A DNA stretch of 58,029 nt, taken from contig LVLI01000437.1 of the NCBI GenBank assembly GCA_001687465.1, positions 1 to 58,029 of the forward strand, written 5' to 3'. The notes under the pieces are model-generated. The model was not told the origin of the DNA, made no database searches, and worked only from the letters and a program-made list of their open reading frames with translations. This document shows positions 40,879-52,362 of the stretch, in pieces; the stretch's first letter is position 1, and every line of letters begins with the position of its first letter. Both the position numbers and the translations under genes were made by a program. This DNA is from Halocafeteria seosinensis. Taxonomy: Eukaryota.

Positions 40879-43575
40879 CTACGCTCGTCGTAGCCGTTTC
40901 CTCCCAAGCGTGGTTCTTGCAGTCTTAAAAACCGATCCCACTAACTCTAGAGACTCCCCTTGATTCGGATTCTCATATTGTATTTTTAGAGAACTCTCTG
41001 GCTGAGTTAACTCCTGAGCTGTGCTATATGGTGTATGAAACCCAAGGCCACCCAAACTCAACCCAGAAATATCTGTACTTCCAGCTCGAAACCTAGGGTT
41101 ATATTTGGGCGTCCATGCATCCGAAGGCTGTACTGGCCTCAATGCTTCGGGAAAGTCCAAAGAGCAGCAGCCCAATCCGTCCACCATTTGAATTCTCTCC
41201 GCATCTAGCGGAGCAAACATGAGCAGAATTGGGGTAATATCTTCTTTTGTCACACGAGGCGATGTGTCACAGTGCGTCTCGAAGTGCAACATTCCCGAAT
41301 TGAACACTTGTAATACTAGCCCAATTCCAACACAATTCCAATGGGAAGGAAATGGGCTGTTTATTGTTCTCAGTCCTGATCCGGTGGTAAAGCATTCAAC
41401 GTTGTCAATGTCGTTTGCTGATGCCATTAGGGCAACGGTTTGTCCATTCAACGTAGCGATAACCTGATCATGAGTTAAATTATCCGATACCGTATCTCCG
41501 AGATATCCAAGCGAGACGATTACATCCGATAACGGGACCGTATACAGATATGAAGAGCTGCGGGGGCTTCCATACATCCACTGAGCCGGTGTCGGAACCG
41601 GAAGTCCAGTAGTTCTGTCCTCCTGAGCAGCATACAATATTCTTGGCAAGCCAAGAGGCGTTTGCTGCAATCGAGGAATGCCCTGACCGGTAATCCAGTC
41701 AACTAGACAATCCTCCGTGGAGACCACTGATTGTGGAACGGAAGAGTTCTGACTGTGAAAAGGAGGGACCATGTAGTTCCACATTCGCAGCTTCCTTAAC
41801 TCGACACTGCTCAAAGAGACGGGTTGGCAGGTAGTGCGTTCGACGATACCCTGTGAAACCTCGTTGCTTGCGGCGTTAGTAGGTGAAGGGCCTTCCGATG
41901 TATCTGGGGCAATGACAAAACATTCTATCAATGTGTTCGAAGGAGTTTGTCCGTCGCCTTTCGTTTCCTGTAAGCTTTTTCTCGACTGTAAAATACGCTC
42001 ACACAGGTTCATCGTTATACAATGGCAGTAGTCTGGTTCGATTGCTTTCGTGAAAGGGGAAACTGCACGAAACTCGACAAGCTCGCAATCTTGGAATCGT
42101 TCAAGCCACCAATCAGCTCGCAATTCCGGGTCCTCGAACCCGATTACGCGACATCTGTGCTTCCCCCTTAGAACAGTTTGGAAAACGGTCTCGAATGTTG
42201 ACACCAAAAGCTCGTAGCCCATTCCTTGGGTCCATCCCATCGTGTTGACGAGTATCAAGCCCCCTTGAGTAGTATCAATACCCATAGCGACGTGCTTTAC
42301 TCCATCCAAGAACAACTGTAAAGCATTTTGGGGATTGGTCATGCCCACAAAAGAGCACCGATTAGGCGTCCTGATTTGCTCATATGAGGGTTTCAATAGC
42401 CAATCACCCGGTCGTAGGACATGCAAGGACACCATACCGGGAAGATAGAGTTCCGGCTGTCCCACATCAGCCTCTACCCAAAACACTGGTGTCCGATTTA
42501 AACTCAGATGCGCGTTAGCAATCAGTCTTAAGAAGGAACTTTTGCCCGAACCTTTTGATCCATAAACAAATCCACATGACAGCTGCTTTTGAACTGAGTT
42601 GCGCCCATTGTGTAGCGACACGCATTCCGAGACAACCGACGACCATTGTCTAGGTATCACAGTGCGCTTCCAATGAGCGATATGGGTTGTACTTTGAAGT
42701 ACTTCCCGTTCCGGTGTTGACATGCTCACGCTACCACCGCCACACTGTTGGATAGCATTGCTCGCATGATTACAATGTGTTCGTAACTGAGTTGGTGAGA
42801 GTACTGCAATGGCAGTCTTGAGTTGCAGATCCTCGTTCAATGCCGTTTCGAGCGTGCTTAACTGGTCCCGTACTTGTGTCAAATGCGAGGAGTTCTCATC
42901 CTCCAAATTCCACGGAGAGAGCTCAAGGACTGCTCCATTTTCCACATGCTCTCCCGTCAATCTCTTGTACCTATCCAATAACAATTGAACGTTGTCGACA
43001 TTTGCTTGTGCGTCCTCTTGCGGTTGCATCGAAACATCCACGTGATGAGACATCGGTCTGGCTCTCTCCGTCGACGTGGGTTGCCCATTCTTTGCTTGTG
43101 CTGCTGTAGCTGTGGTCCCCTCGAGTGTCAGCAAGTGGTATCGATCGAACAGACGCACATGTTGAACGAGTGCTGCTGGACCCCATACAGGCGCATGTAA
43201 GAGCGTCCACCCATCTTGTCTGCGTAGTACGCAGCCATTCACTACCACGACTGCTCCTTCGCCAGTATTATCGCCTCCTGCACATCGTATCCAACATCTC
43301 CCCAGGAGCCACAGATGAGAGGCCAGAGTGCTTTCGTCGGTCAATAGCACCAGCGTCGTCCCATCACTAGTACGCTTGGTATGGCATGCAAATGGATGCA
43401 GGATTCCATCTCCATCATCCGTATCCGCTTGCTTGCTAGAGGCACCCGTGCCATGAGCATCTTCTTCCGTACTACTCCCGCCCTCCTGGTGGTCATCAGC
43501 ATGACCATGTACGTAGGATAGCGACGAGGAGGATAGAGAGGAGGAGGTCTGCCGCCGCCGTCTCTTTCTCGCCAT
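40879..43575 (-). CDS. NOL9: Polynucleotide 5'-hydroxyl kinase NOL9/Grc3 (Clp1 family), ~898 aa
   Basis: P-loop GSKGSGKSS, DVGQPE motif, PGMVSL, and LILVNTMGW.QGMGYELL motif of Clp1/Nol9 kinases. A basic NLS-like MARKRRRR lies at the chosen start (the ORF is open further upstream to 43830), and the C-terminus is basic. Confidence 0.85.
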   Translation of the reverse strand: MARKRRRRQTSSSLSSSSLSYVHGHADDHQEGGSSTEEDAHGTGASSKQADTDDGDGILHPFACHTKRTSDGTTLVLLTDESTLASHLWLLGRCWIRCAGGDNTGEGAVVVVNGCVLRRQDGWTLLHAPVWGPAALVQHVRLFDRYHLLTLEGTTATAAQAKNGQPTSTERARPMSHHVDVSMQPQEDAQANVDNVQLLLDRYKRLTGEHVENGAVLELSPWNLEDENSSHLTQVRDQLSTLETALNEDLQLKTAIAVLSPTQLRTHCNHASNAIQQCGGGSVSMSTPEREVLQSTTHIAHWKRTVIPRQWSSVVSECVSLHNGRNSVQKQLSCGFVYGSKGSGKSSFLRLIANAHLSLNRTPVFWVEADVGQPELYLPGMVSLHVLRPGDWLLKPSYEQIRTPNRCSFVGMTNPQNALQLFLDGVKHVAMGIDTTQGGLILVNTMGWTQGMGYELLVSTFETVFQTVLRGKHRCRVIGFEDPELRADWWLERFQDCELVEFRAVSPFTKAIEPDYCHCITMNLCERILQSRKSLQETKGDGQTPSNTLIECFVIAPDTSEGPSPTNAASNEVSQGIVERTTCQPVSLSSVELRKLRMWNYMVPPFHSQNSSVPQSVVSTEDCLVDWITGQGIPRLQQTPLGLPRILYAAQEDRTTGLPVPTPAQWMYGSPRSSSYLYTVPLSDVIVSLGYLGDTVSDNLTHDQVIATLNGQTVALMASANDIDNVECFTTGSGLRTINSPFPSHWNCVGIGLVLQVFNSGMLHFETHCDTSPRVTKEDITPILLMFAPLDAERIQMVDGLGCCSLDFPEALRPVQPSDAWTPKYNPRFRAGSTDISGLSLGGLGFHTPYSTAQELTQPESSLKIQYENPNQGESLELVGSVFKTARTTLGRKRLRRA

Positions 43576-45891
43576 GGCAGCAACATGTCCACGGACACTT
43601 ACTATACTCGAACCCTCCTCTACCATACAAGACGAATACTTCCGGGCCGACGGACCGACGGTATGTGTGTACTGTATGTGCATTGCCATGCATGCGTGGA
43701 TGTGGATTTCCGGTGCGAAATCCGGACCGGCCGGCGACAAGAGACGATGGACGGCAGATTGTTGCAAGAATGAACACTGTACGTGTAGCACCACATTTTT
43801 CATCCACTTTCCATCCATCAATCTATACATCCTTCATATCGATCCGTTTTTCGTCCACCCAATCTCTCTTCCTTACTGTTGCTAACGGCGGGGGTACACT
43901 GTACTGTAACTCCACGAAGCTGACGAAGGAGAACTTAAAGTTCCTACTGGTTCCTGGCGTACAGTATTGGATGCTCCAGACTGGAGAAGTCTGCCCTCTA
44001 AAGACTTACAGGAAAAGGCTAATGAAAAGGCATGCATCCAATGGGCTGCTGGTAGGTACTTGTACAAGACAGACGAACACATGTAGATACATGTATGTGG
44101 TACAAGTGAACCCAACGCTGAAGCATGGGTTTCTTACAACTTCAGATAACTCATGCATGCATGCAGTACCGTATGAAATCACCGGCTACACAATGTACGG
44201 GTTGGAGGGCCCAGACTTATAGGACTTTGAAAGCTGTAAACACGATGACAAAAACACCCGAGTGCAGCGGTTCCACTGGTGAGTGTCACTGAGTGGTAAA
44301 GAAGAAGGAAGCCCCTTAACGGATGAGTACAGTAGATATCTACAATGGATCACCATTAGATACCTACTGAGTACGTCTTCTACTCGGTTCAACACGACCA
44401 ATTCCTGTCTACCAGGTATCTTCGGCGCGTTACACTACCGAAGACCGAGACAATAGTGCGTACTCGACATTTGTTGTGCATACGGTGAGTATGTTAGTCC
44501 GGTACCGCAATATACGAGAATGGAAAGAGTCGGGGTATCTATGTCTGGTTGGTCAAAGCGGCAAGATCCAACAAGCTCACTTCTCTACTTTTTCCTGCTT
44601 CGGTACTATCTGGTTAGTAGCAATAGTTTGCTGTTGTCGAACTTTTAACAATGATTTAGAATTCTTCATAAGTATCCTTTCAATATGTACAGTGTGTGCT
44701 TGTAGCATTGCTGACGACAACAAAACTGTAGTGTTAGAACTCCGTATAGTCATCGCGGAATGATCAGGATATTCTTGAACTTACGGTAAGTGCAACCAGG
44801 CCAACTTGACACACACGTGACAGATAACCCACCGGCCGGGGAGTTGACCGCATCCTCTTAACGAGGAGCGGTACATGCGCCCGTGTCAAGCAGCGACGGG
44901 CCCGCTGTTCCTGCAGCCTTGCTGACATGCGCCGTGAGGGAACACAACACTTGACTGAGTCGGTGCGCTTCAGTAGCGCCTCCATCACTGTTACACTGTA
45001 CAACTGGTACCAATCTCATACAGATGGCATGGATGTTGGAACCATGCAAATTCCATGCTTCCTGGCATTGTGCATCAGTCATGTGCGCCCTGTTCTGCTG
45101 CTTCGATGGCCTGTACGCTATTACTTTGGAGTGGCATGACGACGAGTGCACGCGCACGCGCGGACACACACTTCCGTTGAAGGTGGCGGCTGCGACCTGG
45201 GATGGCAGCCTGCGACTGTCTTGCTGGCGGCAAGGATCTAATAACCGATGTGTTGCAGCAGAATTTGCCCAACGTTTGTTGTTGTATATTCCCACCTTCA
45301 TATTGAAAGCATTCTTGTTTGTATATGTACAGTAGTCAGTCGGTGGTAACGGACAGTTGGCTTTGTGCGTGCGTGCCGAGGAAGCCGGTGGGTTGGTTTG
45401 CTAAGACCACTGCTGATATTCATGCATTCGGGACGCTATTACGACTGCGTTGCTTTAAATTGTACGCGAAACGGAAAAGAGATAGAGAGAGAGTGCACCC
45501 TACACTACTGTATTCGTGCTTTGCAAGACTGTGTGTGCGTTTGTACACGAGACGGAAACGACAGCTGTTTGGGGGGGTCTTTCCCTCCAACAGTATACAG
45601 TACACTCCTTGCATACGCCTATCGACTGGAGGAGAAGAAGAAGAAGGGCGAAAGACAACGCCACTTCTACTCGCATTACGTTCAGTTCCTGTGCTCAGCT
45701 TCGAACAGACCACACCGGCTGCGGGTGGATAGTTGTCAACCGGCCGGGAGCCTTTCCCATTGGTAGATAGCGGCCCACCTACCTGGATGCCAACGCACGG
45801 TAAGTGAAGTCAAAGTTTGGATGGGTAGCTGTGTGGTAGCGGTCCATCCATCACGCATCTACAATGACCTGGTTTTGCGCAGAGATTCGAG

Positions 45892-48800
45892 ATGGCAACG
45901 ATTCCGCCCGCGTTTGACTTGAACTCGTTGCTTAATGCAATAAAGCAGCAATTCAATCTCCCCCATTGGTACGGATTGAGTCGTCAGCAGAGGATCGAGT
46001 TAGGTAAGCGACGTTTCAACACGATTTGTTTCTTTGTATCACGACCAAAAGGTCATTCATTTTCCCATCCCGCGACAGAGCAACAATCGTCTCACCCATG
46101 CACTGCATCTCGGGGTGATGGAACATCCCTTATTCAGCAATTCGACGTGTCCAGAAAGCGGGGCTTGCGGAATAGATATTTTGCGTGGTCGACGAACGAT
46201 ACAAATCAGTGGCGATGGAGACTGGAAGCCTACTGCACTAATGATTCAATAAATGCTTTGTGTGATGTGTTTGGGACGAATCCGCGCAAGTTTGATACCT
46301 GCAAGGGCACCGGTAATAATATGTGGCTTCCAATATATTCGGAATATGACCTATATTTAGCTTGCATGCTAGCATTCATCGACGGCAACTCACGAATAAA
46401 GTTCCGCGTTGTGGTGCTTTCAAAGGTCCTCTCGAGAAAAGTTGGCTCGCTTCCCTCTGGGGAAAGCGGTCTAGCCTTTCCTTATGCCCCTTCTTCTGGT
46501 AGTGCGAACCTTTCTTGTAATGTCGCCCAGTTGACCGGCTCAGAGCAGCTTTACAGGGAGATTACCGACTACAAATCCCACGAAACAAATGAGAAGCCGA
46601 CGGGTATACATAATGTATCTTCGGGTACTCAAGTTGAGTCGCTGCGTACCTCTGCATCAAACATAGGCTCTGATACTTTGAGTCAACCTTCCCACGACCA
46701 GCCAGGGAGACGGCACGTGTCCCCGGTGTCGATGGAAGCAAATGAGGTTTATTCCACAGAGGGTTTGTCTAATCAATCTGCAGCTGGGGGTAACGTTCAC
46801 CCAGTTCCAACCGAAGCTCAGAGGCGGGAGCCCTCCAGGTCGGGTCGTCGTCCGTCTCGACAGCTTACCGTTGAGGATGCTATGCATAGAAGCAGGCGCG
46901 ATTCAGAAGGAAGTTCTGATATTGAGGCAGATGTGAGGACGTTAAATGACGTTAACAATGATTTGGGCCTGGATGAGTCCCCCGATAAAAAAGCGAAGCC
47001 TATCAGTGTCGATATGGCCGGTAAGGAGAAGTCTTTGTTTGGGCCCATTCCAAGCTTTGTTCTCTCTCCTGACGCAAAACAACGAATGTTGCTACAACAG
47101 AAGGACTCACAATTACAAGGAATGACCCGTGCCAAATCCCAGCTTCTGACGCAGATAGACAGGTCGCTGTCGGTCGAAGATGGTCGTGGGGAACCTGATT
47201 TGAACAAGAAGCTAACGAGGAATGCGTCGTGGGGTTCGCTTCGTTATGCTGCCAAGGCGGTCATGAGACCAGTTTCGAGAAAGAAAAAGAGCAACACAGA
47301 AACGGACAGAACCGCCGGATCGGGCATCGCCAACAGATCTTCTTGTCGACGTTTCTCACGTCTCTCTTTAGACACTGAGAACAACGATGATGATAGTGGC
47401 GTAGCAACCTCTCCAAAGCCTGCGGATGAGACTCATTCCGCAGATCATAGTTCTTACAGCTTTGTGCCGCCAAATGCAACGGATCGTTGTTGGACGACTG
47501 AAGCTGATCGTCATTCATCTCTTGGAGGAGCTACAGCGAAAGTTGCTACAACTGCTGTCCCACAGACCCCCGGTTCGCCTTTTCCCGACCTTTTCGAACC
47601 TGATGCACCCAGTAATGTCCCTGTTTTCGAGCATTCCGCCAATGAAGCCGCTGAAAGTTTAGAGCTGCGCAATATGCCTACTGTTCAACAAGCCTCTGCG
47701 CTGTGTCAGCATTTTCACAAGGAAACACTTGAGACGACTCCTGCGCAAGAAAAGGAAATGACCCCAGAGTCTTTCAGCGAGCAGACTCTAGGGGATAGAC
47801 CTATGGATAGCGTATCTGACACGGAAGAGAAGTTAAATGCAACTGATTCCTACAAGGCTCGTGTATCGTATGTATCCTCGGAAAATGCTTCCAGCGCGCG
47901 ACATGGACACCAAGTTAGAATTAGGCAAAATGTTGCCGGACCAATAATGGACCATCCTGAAGAGAACGTCAAAGAGTATAGCGATGAGCGCAACATGTTC
48001 GGTGGTTTAAGTGGACATCCTGTACACATATCTCTTTCAGAAAGCACTGGGGGTGATGTGTTGTGTTGGCCGGGTCGTCAGTCTCGAGAGGTTTTGCCTA
48101 CTCCAACGGCCCCCAACACTGACGCGGCTACAGAGGGATCTAGTTCACCGATGCCGGTACGCACGGTGTCAACAAACAACAGTGGTTTTGTCGCATCTCG
48201 GCCTGTTCGATACAGCAGACCACGAGACGACGGCGACACCAGGGAAAAAGCAGAAATTTCAGAACCCTTTCTCGGGTTAGTTGAACAAAGTAACCTGCTC
48301 TCCGCCAGCGAGCGGCCCGCATATCCTGCCCCTAAGCGACTGAAAGTGAAGGCGACAAAGTCCCGATTAAGCAGCTCCGGCAAGAGTCAAAACGTAGCTG
48401 CTCCTTACTTACACAAACAACGGGGACACGATCATTTGCATTCTCTTGACCAACGGAAACAATCCGAAGGACATCTGCCTGAAGGCCAAGTTTCCCCAGA
48501 AACCAGTGACGTACCAGAGTCCTCCATGGTGCGTCCCTGGTCGCCTGAATCCCGAGGCCAGGAAAGGCAGCAGTTAGTCCTACGAAAACCGCAATCGAGA
48601 CGGAAATTAACTGCTATTCGGTTAGGTGCAGCGCAACCTGCTCCGGAGCCAGATGCCCCTGCGGTACCCAAATTCGAAAATCGCGTATATTCCACAACGC
48701 AGACGAAACACAAACGAGATGGCACCAACGGTATCAAGCGTAAACCTACCTGTGGAAACACTGGCACGCATGCGACATCTAATGAACGAGAAGCCCCTGG

Positions 48801-50025
48801 TGCTTGTGATAGGAGCTTACAGGTTGCATCAATGCAGTGGCAAGTAACACACACTGACGAGAAAAATAATGTTGTTTCCCGAGCACACGAGGCTGCTTCC
48901 AAGCCTGCACAAGTCGACCACCCCAGCGCTGGTGCCTCATTACATCCTAGTGCCTCTGAGGCGGAAACGGATACCGGCAACAAAGGGGATACGAAGTCCA
49001 TCGCAGTTCATCAAACTCATTATGAAGAAGTTCCTGCAGTTCCTGCTGCAGAAACGTCAACACAAGAGGATAATGTCAAGCAAAATGGAAGTACTCAGGA
49101 TTGGCACCAGCTGTCTCGGTTGGCGAGGCCTGAAGGAAAACACCCGACTTTGACAAGAAAGGTTACTCCTGAGAAACTTTTAGGATTGCCTCATCTTGTT
49201 TCGAAGAACGGTGGCAATCCTTCAGATCTAAAAGAAGACGTTATAGAGTACGAGTATGCGGCAGATGGAGAAAAACTCCCCATATCCACAGTTACGAATG
49301 AGTCCTCCCCGGGTTTTTCCTCGCCGATCCGATCGCAGCATGCTGCAGCAGCCCATGATTTAGAACGCGTTGCACATGAATTTGCACAAGGTGTTGGTAC
49401 GGAGAGTGCGGAGGAAGCAGACGCAAAGCACACTGACGACATCCGGGGAACGATGCAGACTCTCGAGTTCGACATACCTGATCAACCAAAAGAAAGCTCC
49501 AAAGCAAGCGGAGAAGGGGAAGCGTTGTCATACTCTTTAGGGGGTCAAATGTGTGGGGTTGGCGTGATGAGACAGAACAAAGAGCGTGCCAGTACTGATA
49601 CAAGGAAACGTACCTCGAAAAACCCGGCTGGCCTGTACCACTTTCTAGGAGAGCAACCAATGGAGAGGATTTATCAGAAGGCAGCGGACCGAGTAACACA
49701 GGAAACACATGAAAACCCGCAGGCTAAGGTAGACAACACTGTCACTTATGAAGAGTATCCAAGCAAGAAGCGGGGCGGAGACGTTCGTTTCGAACACATC
49801 AAGAAGAGGACTGCAGAAGGGAAGATGTTTTTCTCCCAAACGTCTGCTAGTTCTAGGTCATATCGTAGCCGCTTCCCTCAAACAGGTTTATCGGCGTCAC
49901 AAGCTCAATATTCTCTTGCTCGTCAACTTGAGTCCGCGGATGAAGAACCTAACGGTGATTCACATCAGCGTCCCAAATTTTCGCTCCGGAAAGTACGAGG
50001 AAACATTGTGAAGACACCAGGGTGA
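45892..50025 (+). CDS. Large, mostly intrinsically disordered protein (>=1377 aa) with a folded N-terminal region, possibly PB1/ubiquitin-like
   Basis: 4.1-kb open frame, S/P/E/R-rich after ~aa 180. Probable upstream exon 45767-45799 and intron 45800-45882 (GTAAGT...GCGCAG) are in frame, so the true start is unresolved. Confidence 0.75.
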   Translation: MATIPPAFDLNSLLNAIKQQFNLPHWYGLSRQQRIELGKRRFNTICFFVSRPKGHSFSHPATEQQSSHPCTASRGDGTSLIQQFDVSRKRGLRNRYFAWSTNDTNQWRWRLEAYCTNDSINALCDVFGTNPRKFDTCKGTGNNMWLPIYSEYDLYLACMLAFIDGNSRIKFRVVVLSKVLSRKVGSLPSGESGLAFPYAPSSGSANLSCNVAQLTGSEQLYREITDYKSHETNEKPTGIHNVSSGTQVESLRTSASNIGSDTLSQPSHDQPGRRHVSPVSMEANEVYSTEGLSNQSAAGGNVHPVPTEAQRREPSRSGRRPSRQLTVEDAMHRSRRDSEGSSDIEADVRTLNDVNNDLGLDESPDKKAKPISVDMAGKEKSLFGPIPSFVLSPDAKQRMLLQQKDSQLQGMTRAKSQLLTQIDRSLSVEDGRGEPDLNKKLTRNASWGSLRYAAKAVMRPVSRKKKSNTETDRTAGSGIANRSSCRRFSRLSLDTENNDDDSGVATSPKPADETHSADHSSYSFVPPNATDRCWTTEADRHSSLGGATAKVATTAVPQTPGSPFPDLFEPDAPSNVPVFEHSANEAAESLELRNMPTVQQASALCQHFHKETLETTPAQEKEMTPESFSEQTLGDRPMDSVSDTEEKLNATDSYKARVSYVSSENASSARHGHQVRIRQNVAGPIMDHPEENVKEYSDERNMFGGLSGHPVHISLSESTGGDVLCWPGRQSREVLPTPTAPNTDAATEGSSSPMPVRTVSTNNSGFVASRPVRYSRPRDDGDTREKAEISEPFLGLVEQSNLLSASERPAYPAPKRLKVKATKSRLSSSGKSQNVAAPYLHKQRGHDHLHSLDQRKQSEGHLPEGQVSPETSDVPESSMVRPWSPESRGQERQQLVLRKPQSRRKLTAIRLGAAQPAPEPDAPAVPKFENRVYSTTQTKHKRDGTNGIKRKPTCGNTGTHATSNEREAPGACDRSLQVASMQWQVTHTDEKNNVVSRAHEAASKPAQVDHPSAGASLHPSASEAETDTGNKGDTKSIAVHQTHYEEVPAVPAAETSTQEDNVKQNGSTQDWHQLSRLARPEGKHPTLTRKVTPEKLLGLPHLVSKNGGNPSDLKEDVIEYEYAADGEKLPISTVTNESSPGFSSPIRSQHAAAAHDLERVAHEFAQGVGTESAEEADAKHTDDIRGTMQTLEFDIPDQPKESSKASGEGEALSYSLGGQMCGVGVMRQNKERASTDTRKRTSKNPAGLYHFLGEQPMERIYQKAADRVTQETHENPQAKVDNTVTYEEYPSKKRGGDVRFEHIKKRTAEGKMFFSQTSASSRSYRSRFPQTGLSASQAQYSLARQLESADEEPNGDSHQRPKFSLRKVRGNIVKTPG

Positions 50026-50307
50026 CACCATCTCCCAGTCGATCCGGGCATGATGCAGATCTTGTCACATGGACAGGGTTGCGTGCCACGTTGCGCAACG
50101 TGAAACGTTCAACAAGAGAAGGATGTACTGTGGTATGACTCAGATCACGCGGTTCGCTCACCTGTCAGGCACAAAAAGCTGCTGCACCACGCACTAGGGT
50201 ACACCACAACCATACGGTAATACATCAAAAAGGCTGTTTTTGTTGGAAAAGTACCTTCCTTAATGACAAACCCCTACTTTACAGCCATTTGTTTCACCAC
50301 TACTGCT

Positions 50308-52362
50308 TTAGAAGTGTATCGATTCTAGGCTATGCAGGTTCGAGATACGAACAATGGCCACGGTTGGATTAAGGTCTTCAAGAGTGCAACCTCGGAACGC
50401 GTATTGCGTAACACTAAGTGGACGCGACGATTGACAACCACGTTCAATATCAGTGGCATTAGCAGTGATCGGTCCTGAGAGGAGTTTTGATGCATCCCAT
50501 TGCTCCTGAAAGTATTTAGGCTTCGTTTTAAGATAACGACGGATAAAACGGCGATGACAAGCCGCCGTCACCTCCTGCCAAGTCTCCGAACCAATTCCAA
50601 GGTCTGGCACTGTCGGGAGATCGCTAAGGCGGTCATATAGAACATCAAAAACAATGACAGCGGCGTCTGACTCCTGCTCGCATACTCTTCGATACGCACA
50701 TTGGAGGGCGTAGGTCAGATTTGGGGACGTGTAAAATGCCTGACCAAAATCTGAGCCACTAGTGAAGCAATCTGGCTCTATTCCATCTCTACAAATCTTG
50801 TCCGCCGACCAAATGTCTGTACCGTGGAAGAGGCGTACGCAACCACGAGGAAGGAGATCCAAAACGTTTTTTTCCATGGCAGTTGCGAGATCCTCAGTGT
50901 TTCCTTTTCTCTTTGTAGTCTTTTTCCGTGCGTCAATAACTGATATACAAACGCTCTGTCCACCGACGTTTTCCTGCGCGGAGGCATGTTGTTGGTTAGA
51001 AATTCTGTCGCCTGCAAGACAGCATGAAGCTACCGTCGGGCCGGAAGGGGGAAGTAGAGCATCCCTAAGCATCGAAAACAAACTAAAGCCAGGACTTCCA
51101 TAGTTTTTCCAAAAATTAAGTATGTTCCTCCACTTGTTGGCTTGCCAGTCAAGACTTTGCACCTTCGAGAAGATAAACTCATCGTTGGGTTCTCCATCTG
51201 ATAAAGCTGTGGTAAGCGTTCGTATAGCACCATCTACAAACGTACGCACCACAAACTCCGGAGACTGAGACGGGTCCAAACGAAAAATAGCTCGTAAAAA
51301 TGACTGTTTTCCAGAGTGGGAAAATAGCGGGAACACTCGACTGATGGTGGGGGCGACCGGTGGAATTTCTATAGACCCTTCTATCCTCATGCTGCGTCCG
51401 TATTGCGTAAAGAATTGAGATAAATGTTGTTCAGCCTTCTTATGCAGGGTTTTGTTCCAAGTCAGTAAAATGAAATTTGCATCTTTCAATGCTACAGCTG
51501 TCTCACTGTAATAAGTAATGCAAGGCAAACGTCTCTCGAGAGTCATCGCGGCGAATCTGCTCCATAACTCGGGGTCAAACTGTCCGCGAGGACCTAACAC
51601 ACGTGTTAGATCAACCTCATTGTTCTTCGACGAGGACAAAAACATAAATCTATATGGTAAAAGCCATTCGTGACATCGCCGTAGATGGAGTACTTGAGCA
51701 ACTGTATAGGCAAAGTGGGCTGCCGCCGCAGCATTTTCCAATTCTGGGCATTTATAAACAGTTACGTAAACTTCATCTCCTTCAGAAGGGACATTAATAG
51801 ACGGGTCCTGATCATACTGGCTTGATAAAGAGGTGATGGTTTTAGTAAAAGGCGGTTTGTGGTCTGGGTTCAGTCGCTGACTGAAATACGCCTCCACTGC
51901 AGCCGCTCCTAACTCGTCTCTTTTGAACTCTGTTGCAAGTTCTTCAGCATCCTCTTGAGATGAAGCGACGTTGCTAAAGTACAGCATCTCAGAACCCACA
52001 GTGACCTTAACAAATACTGCATCATCCACGATCAGACGGTGTAGACGAGGTAAAGAAACTGCAGACTCATATCGCTCAAGTGCGGCAGAACGAGCTGCTT
52101 TTTCAAGTTCAAACAGTCGCTCCTTATCCTTACAAAACGAAGCCACTACGTAAGACTTGATTTGTTCACGTGATAGCCTCAGAAGCCCGGTTAGCACAGA
52201 GTCAGTTTCGATGTTTGATGACTCCCCAGGCATGGTGCTGCCTTCGTTGACTGTACTTCTGCCTCCGAACTGCTGCAAAAACTCTAGGTCACCTGTGTCA
52301 AGGACATCGCTACCGTTAGCGTGTCGTTCAACAACGTCAGCGTATACGATAACGCTCCACAT
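50308..52362 (-). CDS. Protein with C-terminal DUF3990-like domain (ADP-ribosyltransferase fold) and uncharacterised N-terminal region
   Basis: 2-kb open frame. The C-terminal ~170 aa contain LFHGT, DFGQAFYTS, LLSGPIT and TQYAF motifs. The start is uncertain (ATG 52362 chosen) and upstream exons are possible. Confidence 0.65.
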   Translation of the reverse strand: MWSVIVYADVVERHANGSDVLDTGDLEFLQQFGGRSTVNEGSTMPGESSNIETDSVLTGLLRLSREQIKSYVVASFCKDKERLFELEKAARSAALERYESAVSLPRLHRLIVDDAVFVKVTVGSEMLYFSNVASSQEDAEELATEFKRDELGAAAVEAYFSQRLNPDHKPPFTKTITSLSSQYDQDPSINVPSEGDEVYVTVYKCPELENAAAAAHFAYTVAQVLHLRRCHEWLLPYRFMFLSSSKNNEVDLTRVLGPRGQFDPELWSRFAAMTLERRLPCITYYSETAVALKDANFILLTWNKTLHKKAEQHLSQFFTQYGRSMRIEGSIEIPPVAPTISRVFPLFSHSGKQSFLRAIFRLDPSQSPEFVVRTFVDGAIRTLTTALSDGEPNDEFIFSKVQSLDWQANKWRNILNFWKNYGSPGFSLFSMLRDALLPPSGPTVASCCLAGDRISNQQHASAQENVGGQSVCISVIDARKKTTKRKGNTEDLATAMEKNVLDLLPRGCVRLFHGTDIWSADKICRDGIEPDCFTSGSDFGQAFYTSPNLTYALQCAYRRVCEQESDAAVIVFDVLYDRLSDLPTVPDLGIGSETWQEVTAACHRRFIRRYLKTKPKYFQEQWDASKLLSGPITANATDIERGCQSSRPLSVTQYAFRGCTLEDLNPTVAIVRISNLHSLESIHF

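Noticed and set aside
40104..43575. RPL31 next to NOL9 as a 60S-biogenesis gene cluster
   Set aside because: The genes are convergent and only two in number; chance adjacency cannot be excluded without synteny data.
43830..45760. Several 60-185 aa ORFs and scattered GT donor-like sites
   Set aside because: No consistent exon chain or recognisable motif could be assembled; may be UTR or promoter sequence.
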